A stretch of 64,000 bases of DNA from the human T2T-CHM13v2.0 reference genome, Homo sapiens. This document shows, one piece after another, positions 1 to 14,049 of the stretch. A program made the translations under genes and the position numbers. The notes beneath the pieces were generated by a model, which saw nothing but the letters and a program-made list of their open reading frames with translations, was not told the origin of the DNA and searched no databases. Position 1 is the stretch's first letter; each line of letters starts with the position of its first letter. The stretch lies in assembly GCF_009914755.1 (NCBI RefSeq), contig NC_060939.1; one strand, 5' to 3'.

Positions 1-467
1 GATCAGAGACCTACTCAGGAGAGCCCAGGTTACCAAGAAGTTTACTGTAGGATACAGAGATCTCTCCCAGTTGGGAAAAGAAGAGCAACTGGATTTTCTG
101 TAACCAAGAACTGCATATGGGAAAGGGATAGAGGACAGAGGCTGCCTTCTCTCTGCGGACCCATAAACTTGCCCATGGGCCGAAGCCAGCCACCCTGGTC
201 TGACTCTGCATGCCTTTCAGCTGAAGGAACAATTGCTGCCTGCAACAGTCATTCAGTTTCCCAAGGAATCAACCTCTCTGTGTGACTGGGGAAAAGGAAA
301 CAGACATCAAGAGGTCTGCTGGCAGGGGCTGATGCAAGGATTGTAAATCTCTGCTTCATCACATGTGCATTATTTGGGAAGTGGCTGGAAGTTCAATTCA
401 TGCATCTACTGGCAGTGCATCTAGGGGAAAGAGCGGGAACACAGGAAGAGGAACAGGCTGTTTCATC

Positions 468-635
468 CTTAATTCTGCCACTTACTGGCTATGTGTCCAA
501 GGGCAAGCTGCTTAATTTTTCTGTACCTCATTCCCTTATCTGTAAATCAAGGGAAACAACGCCCACATCATGAAGTCATTGTGATGAGTAAATTAAACAA
601 TACGTATCATGGATCTTAATAAGCGTCTCAGTCAA
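468..635 (+). mobile_element. MIR SINE fragment
   Basis: ccacttactggctatgtgtccaagggcaagctgcttaat...tctgtacctca...ttatctgtaaa matches the MIR core. Confidence 0.6.
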
Positions 636-1019
636 CACAGAAGTTCCCTCTCTTAAGGGTGACGTTTTGATAATGACACCTTTTCAAAATGAGGATCTCA
701 AAGAACATCCCCAAACATTAGAGGAGGAGGGAGTCTTTTTTCCTTTAGTGTGTCCATTCAGCAGCAGCCTTGTGCCTGTGTACCACCGTGAGAATGGCAA
801 AGTCCAGTCCTGCCTGCCCTCCTGTGCCACTCACGGCCACACGTTTTTAATTTTCACCACACTCATGCAATCTCCTGCACACATCGTGATACTTCGTGCC
901 TCCGTACCTTTGCTTGTGCAGCTCCTGCAGCCTGGAATGTTCTCTCCCACTCCACTGTACTTGGCAAATGCTCACTTATACCTCAAAACATATCAGGACA
1001 AAGGACATAGTATTTAGTC

Positions 1020-2590
1020 TAACACATCTGGCTGTTTGCCTGGAAGAGAACCAGAGTGAACCCCTATCTCTAGCCATATACAAAGATAAAATTCCAGAGG
1101 GATTAAGGGCTTAAAAATGTAAAAAATAAAATGTTAACTATCTGTCAAGACAAGCCACAATGCAACATTAGCGCGTACCTGCCAGAGTAGCTAAAATGCA
1201 AACGTCAGATGATAGAAAGTATTGGGGTGGGTGTAGAGCAGCTAGAAGTCTCTTACATTACTGGTGAGAGTGTAATTGATAACGGCCACTTTGGATGACT
1301 GGCAATATCCACAAAAGCTGAACATACACGTTCTCTATGACCCAAAAATTACACTCTTGGGTAAATACTCAACAGAAATGCAGACATAAATTCACCAAAG
1401 AAAGTTTGCAAGAATGTTCATAGCAGCACTATTTGTAATAGCCCCAAATTGGAAGCAACCCAAACGTCTATCAACAGTAAAACATAAAGTGTGGTATGTT
1501 ACATACAGGACTGCTGCACAGCAACGAGAATGAATGAACTACATGAATTCATCTCACAAACATAATGCTGAGTCAAAGAAGCTAGATACAAAAGAGTACA
1601 CATGGATATTTCATTTAAATAATGTTCAAACACTAACCTATGATGTTAGAAGTCAGGGTAGAGGTTAATCTTTGAGGACGGTTGTGACTGGCAAGGGGGT
1701 GTGAACTGAAGGAATGTCTAGGGTACTGGTAAGATTCTGTTTCCTGATTTCAGTCCTGGCTACATGAGTGTGTTCACCTCGTGAAAATTTATTGATCCAT
1801 AAAAAGATGTGCATTATTTCATACATATATCTCAATAAAAATTTTGGCAAGGAGGCATCATATAATCTAAGGTTAGAATACCTTCTCAACCAAGGTTGGA
1901 AACCTAGAAGATGAAAAAGATAGGTATTTTTGCATATATATACATATACATACACACACATATATATAGCATTTTTGTGGGAAAAGATACTGTAAGCAAT
2001 GTCAAAAGACAAGCAGACTTGGAAAAAGTGTAATGCAGATGATGGACAAAGGCTAATACCTATAGTATGCAAAAAACTCTTATAAATTGATGCGAAAAGA
2101 CAAACAATCCAATAATGAAATAGGCAAAATGATATGAGTAGGTGATTCAAAGAAGAAAAATATCCAACTGATGGAAAGATGCTCAGATTCATTAGAATTC
2201 AGTTGAATGCAAATTAAAGTAGTAATAAGATACTCATTTATGCTCTTCAGGCTGGCAAAATTAAAAAGAGTTTCTATAGGTATTGTGTGTGAGGTTGTGG
2301 GGAGCATGCTCTCATTCATTGCTGGTGGAGATGTAAATTATTACAGCCTTTTTGCAATCAATCTGGAAAAATCCATTAGAATTAAAAATACATATATCCT
2401 TTGACCTAGTGATCCCACTCCTGGGAATCTATTCCACAGAAATAGAAGGATCCACCTAAGGGTCCATGTAGAAGGGTGGTTATTGCAGCATTGATTGCAG
2501 AGGTGCATTCGTGGTGTGCATGCATGCACACACATGCACACACACAGAAAACAAAGCCTGTGCCTCTCAGCAGGGAAATGGTATAAATGG
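1020..2590 (+). mobile_element. Old L1 (L1ME-type) ORF2/3' fragments; one 3' end (about 1150-1845) nested in another
   Basis: aatgttcatagcagcactatttgtaatagccccaaattggaagcaacccaaa and tttgacctagtgatcccactcctgggaatctat are L1 ORF2 3' motifs; the inner copy ends at ctcaataaaa 1831-1840. Confidence 0.75.
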
Positions 2591-3119
2591 TGGTACTTTC
2601 CCTTGAGGCTCACAGTCTAGAGGGCTGGGGTAAACTCTTGCCGGTTCACAGGAGGTCTTCACATCTGGAGGGGGTGGTCTGGGAGTGGGGTGGGCAGAGT
2701 CATGGATGATGAGAAGCCCTCTTCCTCCTAGCCTGAGCTAGTAGCATTGATTCCAGAGCAGGCTTTGGAGAAGTGACTATTTAGAGTTCAGACATTCCCA
2801 TGTCCCCTCTTGGCGGGACTCAGTTCCTATCCCTCCAGTATCAAAGAAGTGACATCAACAAAGGATCACAGAGGTAGCTCTTATTGACACCCACTGCGGG
2901 TCTCATTTAAAATGGCTTTCTTAAGCCAAAGGCAGGCAAATATCTCTACTAACTGAAGAACAAAGGAGACATGGAATCAATTGCAAATAATTATTTCTAA
3001 AAATCATGCCTCTCTTCTGAAGTTTGTGTTTGTCATATCTCTGTCTACCTAAAAATTGCTCTCTCTTAGGTGAATTAAAATATAGAGTCAATTCCCTAAC
3101 ATTCGGTCAGTTGTTGGGC

Positions 3120-4420
3120 AGCCCTGGCCTAGCTTAGGAAGGTAGCCCTAAGCAGGCCTTTAACACTAAGTGAAAGCCCCCGTAGCATATGTATAAATAT
3201 TTAAAATCATAAACTAGGCCAATAAACTATTAGATAAAAAGTTCCATCTTTCTGTCTTGAAAAATATGCCCTCTTAAGATCAAAATTTTTAAAAAGTATA
3301 GCACTACGATTTTTATATGAACAAAAATTGGTAAAATAGTAAAGATGACAGAATTTAATTATGTGTGCATCTATTTGGATATTCTGTTGATGGGCTGGTG
3401 ATGTTTTGGTAAGTTATAAAGTCAGCATATACCAAATTTATATTGTAAATCATTCAAATTATTATTTATCTTTTCATTAGATTTGTTTTTCTTACCTTCC
3501 TTATTGCAAAATTACCTAATTATGTTGTTATAATCAAGATTTTTGCGCAATTTGTGTTTTATTGATGATGACGCCAAATTAGACTACCTTTTTTGAGTTG
3601 TAATTCTTAGATAATTAAAAAAATTAATTTCAATTTGGAGAAAGTTTCAGGAATAAATGGAATTTTCATTAAAATCTTAAAACGATGTTTACATTTGGAA
3701 ATGAACCATGAATTTTACATATCCTGTTCAAATACTTTAGTGGAGTTGTGTTAGGTAAACTGTAATTATTGCAGAAAATACTACAAAATATTTTAACTTC
3801 ATAATAGAAATTTCTATCATACTGCAATTTTTGCTATCTTTTAAGGTAATAGTTTATGCACTAACATGAAGAATAGCTTCGTACATATTACATCTACACT
3901 TATACCTCTACTGATTTGAAGGTAAAATAAAGTGTTCATATTGCACACATGTTCCTCAGCCACTGTACAACAATCAATACCACACTAATTCGTGAGACCT
4001 CCTGAACCACGAACTGGAGCACAAAGAGAAACATGAAAATGGACGTGTGGCCCTACTGGGAAATGGTATTTCACTGTGCAAGAAACGATTGCGTTCTTGC
4101 TATCAGAGATAAAGGATTTGACAAGCTAATAAATTTGTCTTTTCCCTTACCTAAGTGCTTCCGCCACTCAAATCCTCCCTGTTCTCTGAAGCAGAGTCTG
4201 TCTCCAATATTGGCGGAAGCACAACCCAGAAACCTCCGTGACGTTCAGACATGGTTGCTTTCTGTTTTGAGGACACAGGGCAAAAGGTGAGGAGCCGCAT
4301 TTCCCTGGGACCTGACCGGTGTTGTCATTGGAACTGACGTTTCTGTTGCCAGCAGCGCTATGCCAGCGCTGAGCACTCGATCCCATGTGCTCCATAACCA
4401 ATACATTTTATGGGTGTTTG
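3120..4420 (-). mobile_element. hAT (Tip100-like) DNA transposon fossil with a transposase C-terminal remnant at about 3475-3720
   Basis: With frameshifts the minus strand reads SFPNVNIVLR..LMKIP..ETFSKLKLI..NYLRITTQK..SNLASSSIKHKLRKNLDYNNII..NFAIRKVRK, the hAT dimerisation-domain pattern; outer boundaries uncertain. Confidence 0.7.
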
Positions 4421-4439
4421 TGATATATGCAACCTTTTC

Positions 4440-4995
<556 letters not shown>

Positions 4996-5612
4996 CTGTG
5001 GAGGACTGCTTCGAGTCACTGGAGTCACCAGATTCAGGGTAGGGACCCCCTCTTGCCTCTGTCTAAGAGTGGTGCCGGTAACCACGAGGCTGAATCCTGC
5101 CCCACAGTCTTTTTCAGTCTCTGTGTGAGCACTTTTGCCTGTGCCATGCAGCTCTCATTTCACGCCAAGTTCTCTGTTCTCTTACTGTCCTGATACAAGT
5201 CTAGCTCCCCACGGCCCCTTCATTTCCACCAGCCTTGCAGCCCCTTCTCCTTCCTGAGGGCCCCATATCAGTGTATGATGAGGGGCCTTGAATGCATGCC
5301 GAGAAAGGAAGCTTCTGAGCTGGGGGTCAACTCTGAGAATGTGATGTGGCCTTTCACCCAGCCAGGACCTCTCCTGGGCTAAGCTGTCAGCACCAGGGAG
5401 TCCACGTACAGCTGATGCCTCCCTGCGGTGGGGGAACAGAAAGGATGGGGCAGCTCCCCAGAAGGCCTTGGGATTTCTTAGCAGAGATAGGAACTCCCAT
5501 TCACACTCTGCCAGGGGTCAGCAGCAGTTCTAGAGCTTACCACGTGCTCCCAGGAAATCATACATGTTTCTAAAATCATCCATGTATCTTTTTTTTGTCA
5601 CCTACATTTTTT

Positions 5613-7456
5613 ATTTATTTATTTATTTTTATTTATTTATTTATTTATTTATTTATTTTATTGATCATTCTTGGGTGTTTCTCGCAGAGGGGGATTTGGC
5701 AGGGTCATAGGACAATAGTGGAGGGAAGGTCAGCAGATAAACAAGTGAACAAAGGTCTCTGGTTTTCCTAGGCAGAGGACCCTGCGGCCTTCTGCAGTGT
5801 TTGTGTCCCTGGGTACTTGAGATTAGGGAGTGGTGATGACTCTTAACGAGCATGCTGCCTTCAAGCATCTGTTTAACAAAGCACATCTTGCACCGCCCTT
5901 AATCCATGTAACCCTGAGTGGACACAGCACATGTTTCAGAGAGCACAGGGTTGGGGGTAAGGTCACAGATCAACAGGATCCCAAGGCAGAAGAATTTTTC
6001 TTAGTACCGAACAAAATGAAAAGTCTCCCATGTCTACTTCTTTCTACACAGACACGGCAACCATCCGATTTCTCAATCTTTTCCCCACCTTTCCCCCCTT
6101 TCTATTCCACAAAACCGCCATTGTCATCATGGCCCGTTCTCAATGAGCTGTTGGGTACACCTCCCAGATGGGGTGGTGGCCGGGCAGAGGGGCTCCTCAC
6201 TTCCCAGTAGGGGCGGCCGGGCAGAGGCGCCCCTCACCTCCTGGACGGGGCGGCTGGCCGGGCGGGGGGCTGACCCCCCCACCTCCCTCCCGGACGGGGC
6301 GGCTGGCTGGGCAGAGGGGCTCCTCACTTCCCAGTAGGGGCGGCTGGGCAGAGGCGCCCCTCACCTCCCAGACGGGGCGGCTGGCCGGGCAGGGGGCTGG
6401 CCCCCCACCTCCCTCCTAGACGGGGCGGCTGGCAGGGCAGAGGGGCTCCTCACTTCCCAGTAGGGGCGGCCGGGCAGAGGCGCCCCTCACCTCCCGGACG
6501 AGGCGGCTGGCTGGGCGGGGGGCTGACCCCCCCACCTCCCTCCCGGACGGGGTGGCTGCCGGGCGGAGACGCTCCTCACTTCCCAGAGGGGGTGGCTGCC
6601 GGGCGGAGGGGCTCCTCACTTCTCAGACGGGGCAGTTGCCAGGCGGAGGGTCTCCTCACTTCTCAGACGGGGCGGCTGGGCAGAGACACTCCTCACCTCC
6701 CAGACGGGGTCGCGGCCGGGCAGAGGCGCTCCTCACATCCCAGATGGGGTGGCGGGGCAGAGGCGCTCCCCACATCTCAGAGGATGGGAGGCCGGGCAGA
6801 GACGCTTCTCACTTCCTAGATGGGATGGCAGTGGGGAAGAGGCGCTCCTCACTTCCTAGATGGGATGGCGGCCGGGCAGAGACGCTCCTCACTTTCCAGA
6901 CTGGGCAGCCAGGCAGAGGGGCTCCTCACGTCCCAGACGATGGGTGGCCAGGCAGAGACACTCCTCACTTCCCAGACAGGGTGGCGGCTGGGCAGAGGCT
7001 GCACTCGGCACTTTGGGGGGCCAAGGCAGGCGGCTGGGTGGTGGAGGTTGTAGCGAGCCGAGATCACGCCACTGCACTCCAGCCTGGGCACCATTGAGCA
7101 CTGAGTGAACCAGACTCTGTCTGCAATCCCAGCACCTCGGGAGGCCGAGGCTGGCGGATCACTCGCGGTTAGGAGCTGGAGACCAGCCCGGCCAACACAG
7201 CGAAATCCCGTCTCCACCAAAAAAATACGAAAACCAGTCAGGCGTGGCGGCGCGTGCCTGCAATCGCAGGCACTTGGCAGGCTGAGGCAGGAGAATCAGG
7301 CAGGGAGGTTGCAGTGAGCCGAGATGGCAGCAGTACAGTCCAGCTTTGGCTCGGCATCAGAGGGAGACCGTGGAAAGAGAGGGAGAGGGAGACCGTGGGG
7401 AGAGGGAGAGGGAGAGGGAGAGGGAGGGGGAGGGGGAGAGGGAGAGGGAGAGGGAC
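5613..7456 (-). mobile_element. Full-length SVA retrotransposon (SVA_D-like)
   Basis: Minus strand shows (CCCTCT)n hexamers at about 7375-7455, an Alu-like region at about 7000-7370, a GC-rich VNTR at about 6160-6990, SINE-R at about 5660-6160 and an (AAAT)n tail; 15-bp TSD tcacctacatttttt at 5598-5612 and 7457-7471. Confidence 0.97.
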
Positions 7457-7769
7457 TCACCTACATTTTTTAAGGACCCAATTCCAATTTCCTGCCCTTA
7501 TCATCTCTCCTTCTCATTGATATTTTTCCAGTAGATGTAGCTTTACTCATTACCAACTACTGCCAATTCACTTAAGCTTTCACCTTTAATGTTTTAAAAT
7601 AACAAGGGAATTCAGAAGTATAGAATGTGGAAGTCTGCCTTCATCATCCTCACAGGCCTGTGCTCCTCAATCACATTTCCATGAGTTAAGGACTTTTAGC
7701 AACTATTAACAGCATGTCCTTCCCAGTTCTTGCCTACACATTTCAAAACACCTATCTCTCTCATCACTC

Positions 7770-8020
7770 AAACTGGGGGAGCAGGATCATGAGCAGCCCT
7801 GTGGAGAGGCCCAAGTGGAGGGGAATTGAAGACTCTGGCCAGCCACCATGTGAGTGTTTGGAAGCAGGTCCTCCAGCCTCAGCTGGAGTTTCTCACGGCA
7901 ACGTTTTGAGAAACTGAGTCAGGACTGCTCTGAAGCATTCGTTACCCTCAGAAACTATGAGATAATAAATTTAAGCTGCTAAGTTTGGGAGGTTCTGTGT
8001 TACATAGCAATATAATACAA
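7770..8020 (+). mobile_element. MaLR LTR fragment (MLT1E/F-like)
   Basis: gccctgtggagaggcccaagtgg...cagaaactatgagataataaa...ttacatagcaata. Confidence 0.65.
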
Positions 8021-8044
8021 CTTTCATTTCTCTCCAATGACCGT

Positions 8045-8140
8045 GTTAGTTTTTAGCCCCTCTGTAGCAAAGCCCCTCAAAAGAGCTGTCTGTACACAGC
8101 GTCTCCCTTTCCACCCTGTTTTCTCCCACCCAATCCCATC
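8045..8140 (+). mobile_element. L2 fragment
   Basis: tagcaaagcccctcaaaagagctgtctgtacac resembles the L2 RT segment encoding AKLLERVVY. Confidence 0.4.
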
Positions 8141-8189
8141 TGTTCTAATATACATTCACTGAGGTCTGCTCCCTGTGAGACTAGGATGT

Positions 8190-8420
8190 GTAGTTAAAAT
8201 GTCCTCATGTTCCCTGTTGCAGACCCTGAGATGAGGATTCTTATGCAAGCAATTTGTTGTGGAAGTGCTCCCGAGAGAAACAGGGCAAGGAAGCAGGGAA
8301 GCAGGACAGGGAAGGGGAGGAAGTCAGGTAAGGGTGAAATTTCAGGCAAAGTCCAGGTCTCAGAATGATCTTGATGGCTCTGGAGAAAAGGACACTTTAC
8401 AGCTATCTGCATCCTGCTGG
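8190..8420 (-). mobile_element. Ancient ERVL-type LTR (LTR16/LTR33-like)
   Basis: gcagaccctgagatgaggattcttatgcaagcaatttgtt...cagggaagcaggacagggaagggg. Confidence 0.45.
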
Positions 8421-9949
8421 TGGGGCAGAGACTCAGCTACTCCCCACAAGCCTGGACTCCAAGCCACTGCTGCCTACTCTCACCCCAGGCCCCGGGAGCT
8501 TTAACCCACAGCCCTCAGTTCAGGTGGCATTAAAGTGAGCCCTTCCTAGGAGTACTGTTGTCCTTTCCTGAAGTGAGGCTCTGTCTGGGGCTGCCCCGGT
8601 CCATAAGACATATTTTTCTGTCCTCAAGGGGACAAGAATGATAACTGTGCTTGTCCCATAGCAATGTGTGGTGCAAACTACACTAAAGGCTAGATACTAA
8701 AGGCTCAGCTTAATTCTACTGTCAGCAGCTCTCAGGCCCACCCCTGTGGAAATAGACATTGGAGGGAGTGTGTTACCTGACACGGATCAGCATGGCACCC
8801 TCAGCTTACTAACACAGAAATGGATGGGTAGGCTTGAAGAGAAGGGGAAGGGTGTGGTTAGCGCCTTTTCCCGCAGTCTGTGGGAAGCCAGCTGCCACCC
8901 AGCCAGCATGTCTTATGACTTATTTTAGTTTTCAGAACTGCCCTTAGACGATTGAAGCATGAACATCTTTTCCTGTAAAAATGGATTATTCTACTTCCTT
9001 GCTTTAGTCTGGGACTCTGCTCTTGTGGTCTGGTGAGACTTTTGTACATGTGGGGCCTGAGAACACTTTTGGTAGAGCTGTCTCTGCTGAGGTCTTCAGA
9101 AGGACCTTTGGGCAGCCTCATGTCTGTCTTGGGCTGCCAGGACAGAAATGCCCAGGTGGCTTCTGGAAGGCCTTGTGGCCAGAGTGAACATTCAAGCTGT
9201 TCACTCATCCTCAGCCCAGGCCGCGCACTGTGCTCCTCCCAGAGCTCTGACATTCGTTCACTATGGAAAAGGTGTGATGTAGAAATACAATATTTGTTAT
9301 TTATGACCCCTCATTGCTTTCTAAAGAAAATGAAGTCCCAGGACTATTTGTTGAAAGTCATGGAAGGGAGAATACAAAATTGGAAGCAAGGTGGGGAAGA
9401 GTTAAATTGTTCTGCAGAAGGAGAGGGAAATATATGGGGAGGGGTGGGAAGTAGAGGCTGAAGCTTCCTGGAGGAGGATCAACTGGGAGGGGAATGCGCA
9501 TGGCTGGGGAGAAACTTTGTAGGGAGAGTTACACAAAAATTTAGAGTTTGCTGTGTGCTATGCGATGTGATCCTTTACTACATCTCTCCTGTTGACACTT
9601 CAGAACACTATCAGTTTCTTACTCGAATGCATTGTGGACTGGGTTTTCTTTGAAGGAACGAAGAGGAATGCTGAGTCTTGCTTCGAGGTTGGTGAGGTGT
9701 GGATCAGAGGCTCCCAGTGGAAGCTGCCAGGCCTAGGTTCAGGGTTACATGGAGCACTAGGTACCTGTATGCTATGCTCTCCAGTCTGGCCATTCCCTTC
9801 TTTAAGGAAAAGAACATTTCAGGTAGAGGGCACGACCAGAGAAAAAGGTAAGTTTGGAGAGGGAGAGAGAAACCAGAGTGGGTGGGGAATGTATGTGAGT
9901 CTGTTGGGAAATGGGGTGAGGAACAGAGGCAGAAGGTGGTGCTAATAGG

Positions 9950-10334
9950 TGAATTAGTCCATCCAGGCTGCTGTAACAAAGCACCATACACTGAGTGGCT
10001 TATAAACAACAGAAATTTATTTCTTATGGTTCTGGAGTCTGGGAGTCCAAGGTCAGGGTACCAGCATGGTTGGTGGCTGAATTCCTACAGTGGGCCCACT
10101 TCTGGTTGCAGACTACTGACTTCTAATTGTAGTCTCATACTGTGGAGAGCAGAGAGAAGCAAGCTCTCTCGGGGTTCTTATAAGGGCACTAGTCCCATTC
10201 TTGAGAGCTCCACCGTCTTGAAGTCACCTAATCCTAATTATCTCTCAAAGGCCCCACCTCCAAATACTATGACACTGGGGGGTAGGGTTTCAACACATGA
10301 ATTTTGTGGGGACACAAACATCCCGCTCATAACA
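9950..10334 (-). mobile_element. MaLR solo LTR (MLT1A-type)
   Basis: TG...CA ends; gtggcttataaacaacagaaatttatttct; 5-bp TSD atagg/gtagg. Confidence 0.85.
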
Positions 10335-11423
10335 GTAGGTTAGGACTCCAGGTAGGGCCTTGCTTATCTTCCACATCAGAGGTCCTCTCAGCTGTCCTAC
10401 CACTCAAAATCTTAGGGTAATCCAAATACACCTCAATGCACCATGTGGCCCAGGCTTGATTCAGTATTGCATTCAAAGCAACACAATTCACCTTCACTGT
10501 GCAATTCATATTGTCTCTTATAATCCATTAGCGTCTTCCAAATGGAACCCTCAGTTCTATGGGTAAGAAGGCTCCCACCTGCAGGGGCAACCACCACCTT
10601 AGGAACTGGGCATGGCACTGGGCAATCCTAGGCTGCTCTGGATGGTTCATAAGGCATACCCCAGTGGCAGATGGACTGGCACTGGGGAAAGTGGTGTCCT
10701 GTTGGCTGCAGGGAGGCATTTCGGACAACCCACTGCCTCTCTGTACGTTCTTGCTAAGGTCCCCAAAGAACTTCCTGGCAAAGACATTTTAGACCTTTTA
10801 ACTACTTGGCAAGTGGCTTACGAGTCCTTCTAAATACAGCAGATTAGTCAATGGAAATACAAAACTTTAGAAGAAATTCACGGAAAGAGCTATTGAATTG
10901 GGGAGGTTTTGCCGGAGTAGGTATTTTCTCTATGGAATTCTGATCTGTTCATTTAGTAATCCTAATTATGGTTTTGCTAATTTGGAGGTAATTTCAGAGA
11001 AAGGGTTTTATTCCACTGGGAACTGTCAATAGGTTAAGAGGATTTTGCTTTTTCATTTGTAATGTTTCAAAGGAATGTCATTCTTGCAACAGCTTCAACT
11101 ATTTTTTGCTTATGTCTGCCACCTTGCTGCTCAAGGTTGACAAGAAAATACCTCTGCTTGTTAGCTCCCATGGCTGGTTTCTTTTATACCAGCTGTGCTC
11201 TCTCTACCAGCTCTCCTAGGGACCAGCAGAAGATATGTGCAAAGGTGAATGTACTGCATTTTCCAGGAGTTTCCATTCTCTTCATTATCTTCAAAAGGAT
11301 GGCCAGACTATCAGAGTAGAGGCCAAGCCTTCCTGGGCCTTTGGGCCTCTGTGTACCCAGTGCCTCTGTGTACCCCATGCCTTTACCTAAGAACACTCTC
11401 TCTCCTTCCTCTTGCCAGGCTCT

Positions 11424-11752
11424 TTTTATTTTATTTTATTATTTTATTTTATTTTTATTATTATTTTTGAGACGGAGTCTCGCTCTGTTGCCCAGGCTGG
11501 AGTGCAATGGTGCCATCTCAGCTCACTGCAATCCCTGCCTCCCGAGTTCAAGCGATTCTCTTACCTCAGCCTCCTGAGTAGCTGGGATTACAGGTGAGCA
11601 CCACCACACCCAGCTGATTTTTTTGTATTTTTAGTAAAGACGGGGTTTTGCCATGTTGACCAGGCTGGTCTCAAACTCCTGACCTTAGCTGATCCGCCTG
11701 CCTCAGCCTCTCAAAGTGCTGGGATTACAGGCGTGAGCCACTGTGCCCAGCC
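11424..11752 (-). mobile_element. AluS
   Basis: Full antisense Alu with a (TTTTA)n tail; TSD ccaggctct. Confidence 0.95.
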
Positions 11753-11839
11753 ACCAGGCTCTGTTTAAGTCATGCTTGGGTTCTCAGCTGCAGCTCCCTT
11801 TCAGAAGTCTTCTCTGACCCCATGTCAATATCCACAGCC

Positions 11840-12440
11840 ATGGACTCTTCTCTGGGGCTCCAGACCTGTGCACTCATTAATATCAGACATTTCATTGGAT
11901 GTTTCATAGGCACTTCAAATTCAGCATGTCCCAAACCAAATGCATCATTGCCCTCTCCCTTCCACCTTCATCCCTTCCCTCTCTTCTCCTCTGAACCTGC
12001 TTCTTCTTCCATGCTCTGTGTTTCCAGGCAGGGCACTATTGGGCTATCCTTCTAAATACAGCAGACTAGTCACCAGAACCAGAAACCCAAGGGTTACTTC
12101 AGAATCCTCCCTCTCCCTTACCCTCACATCTCCCTCCATTCTACTCTATTCCGAAATCCAGTAGATCCCACTTCTTAAATCTCTCTCAGATCCTTTCTTC
12201 CCTTTTCTTCCTCTCCCTGGCCTGGGATGCCATCCTCATTTGCTTGAATTACTGTATTGGTGTCCTAACTGGCCTCACTGCCTCTGGTCTTATCTCTCAT
12301 CCTGGCCACTGTAGTGATATCTGATGTGAACCATGCAGATCACAAAATTATACTCCTTGCTCTGGCTTCTCCACTTTCCACAACATCTCTCCCATTGGAT
12401 ATCATCTAAATTCCCATCTGGTGACTCCTGACTTGTCTAA
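11840..12440 (+). mobile_element. L2 RT-region fragment
   Basis: gacatttcattggatgtttcataggcacttcaaattcagcatgtcccaaacc resembles L2 DISTWMSNRHLKLNMSKT. Confidence 0.7.
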
Positions 12441-12454
12441 CTTCATCTTCTGTC

Positions 12455-13030
12455 AGTTTGGACCAGTTAAGATTTCTAACATTGCAAGGAAGAGAAAATC
12501 CAACTCAAATTGACTTAAGCAAAAAGGAAATATATTGGTTCACACAACTGAACATCCAGGGAAAGATGTGGCTCGGTTTCAGGCATGGCTGGATCCAAGG
12601 GCTCAAGCAGTGTGATCAGAAAGCTGTTTCCATCTCTCAGCTCTGCTTTTTGCTTTGTTAGCTCCCATTCTCTGGCAGGCTTCTTTTCATGTTGTGGTGA
12701 GATAGCTGCCAGCAGCTCTAGACTGCTACCTCCTCACAGGAACAAATCCAGCAGAAAGAGTATCCCTCTCCCATTGCTGCTCAAACCAAGTACCAGGATT
12801 ACCTTTGCTTGGACCTGATTGGCTTGCCTTGGGTCAGGTGCACACCCCTTAAACAGTCACAGTGGTCAGAGGAAGGCAATGCTCTGGTAATCCAGGTCTG
12901 AATCATCATATGCTCATCCCTAGAGCAGGTTGGAATCAGCTTTTCCCAAAGCACATAGACTAAGAGTCGGGGAGGGCAGCTTTCCCCAGAAACAATGGAG
13001 AAGTGACTCTAGGAGCAGGTGGAATGGAGA
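12455..13030 (-). mobile_element. Old MaLR LTR (MLT1K/L-like)
   Basis: caactcaaattgacttaagcaaaaagg...ttcaggcatggctggatccaagggctcaa. Confidence 0.7.
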
Positions 13031-13181
13031 ATGGGCTGGCCAGCACAGGCGAGCACCGCACCCTCCCTTCTTGCAGGACCGCCCCTCGTGCCAGCTCTCT
13101 TTCCAGCTCTCCCCACTGGCTGACTCCTTCTCTATCAAGTTGCAGGCCTATGTGCTGCCTCCTTGGGGCCTCCTTCCCTAG

Positions 13182-13710
<529 letters not shown>

Positions 13711-13744
13711 TTATAAGGAGAATGTGGATGTCACGTGGGCCCTA

Positions 13745-14010
13745 ATCCTGCATGTCATCAAGGTAGGAAGAATAGCCAGGATCATGGATAACAGAATGAG
13801 AATCCATAAAGAGCTCAGTAGCCTGGAAAAATGGACCAAATCTGTCAAGAGGAACTGAAATAGAACTAACTGTGGAGCCCTATATTGAGGTCTAAAAAGC
13901 ATTTGTTTGGGTATAGGGTGGTGGTGGTAGGAGTATCTGGAAAAGATGCTTAGTTGTCTTTATGTGGCTACCTAAAAATGCTAAGATAATCTTGGGCCAC
14001 ATTAATGGGA
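13745..14010 (+). mobile_element. L3/CR1 LINE RT fragment, first part
   Basis: Reads DNRMRIHKELSSLEKWTKS and KNAKIILGHING, matching CR1 DRIRIQKDLDRLEKWA and KKANAILGCINR. Confidence 0.6.
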
Positions 14011-14049
14011 ATATACTGTTTCTCCATATCTCTTTACTGTGTAAACTCT

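Noticed and set aside
5665-7534. Dense overlapping GC-rich ORFs and CpG-island-like composition
   Set aside because: All fall inside the SVA VNTR, Alu-like and hexamer regions
11346-11383. 17-bp tandem duplication gcctctgtgtaccc; similar short ones at 4512-4540 and 8683-8706
   Set aside because: Ordinary slippage-scale duplications
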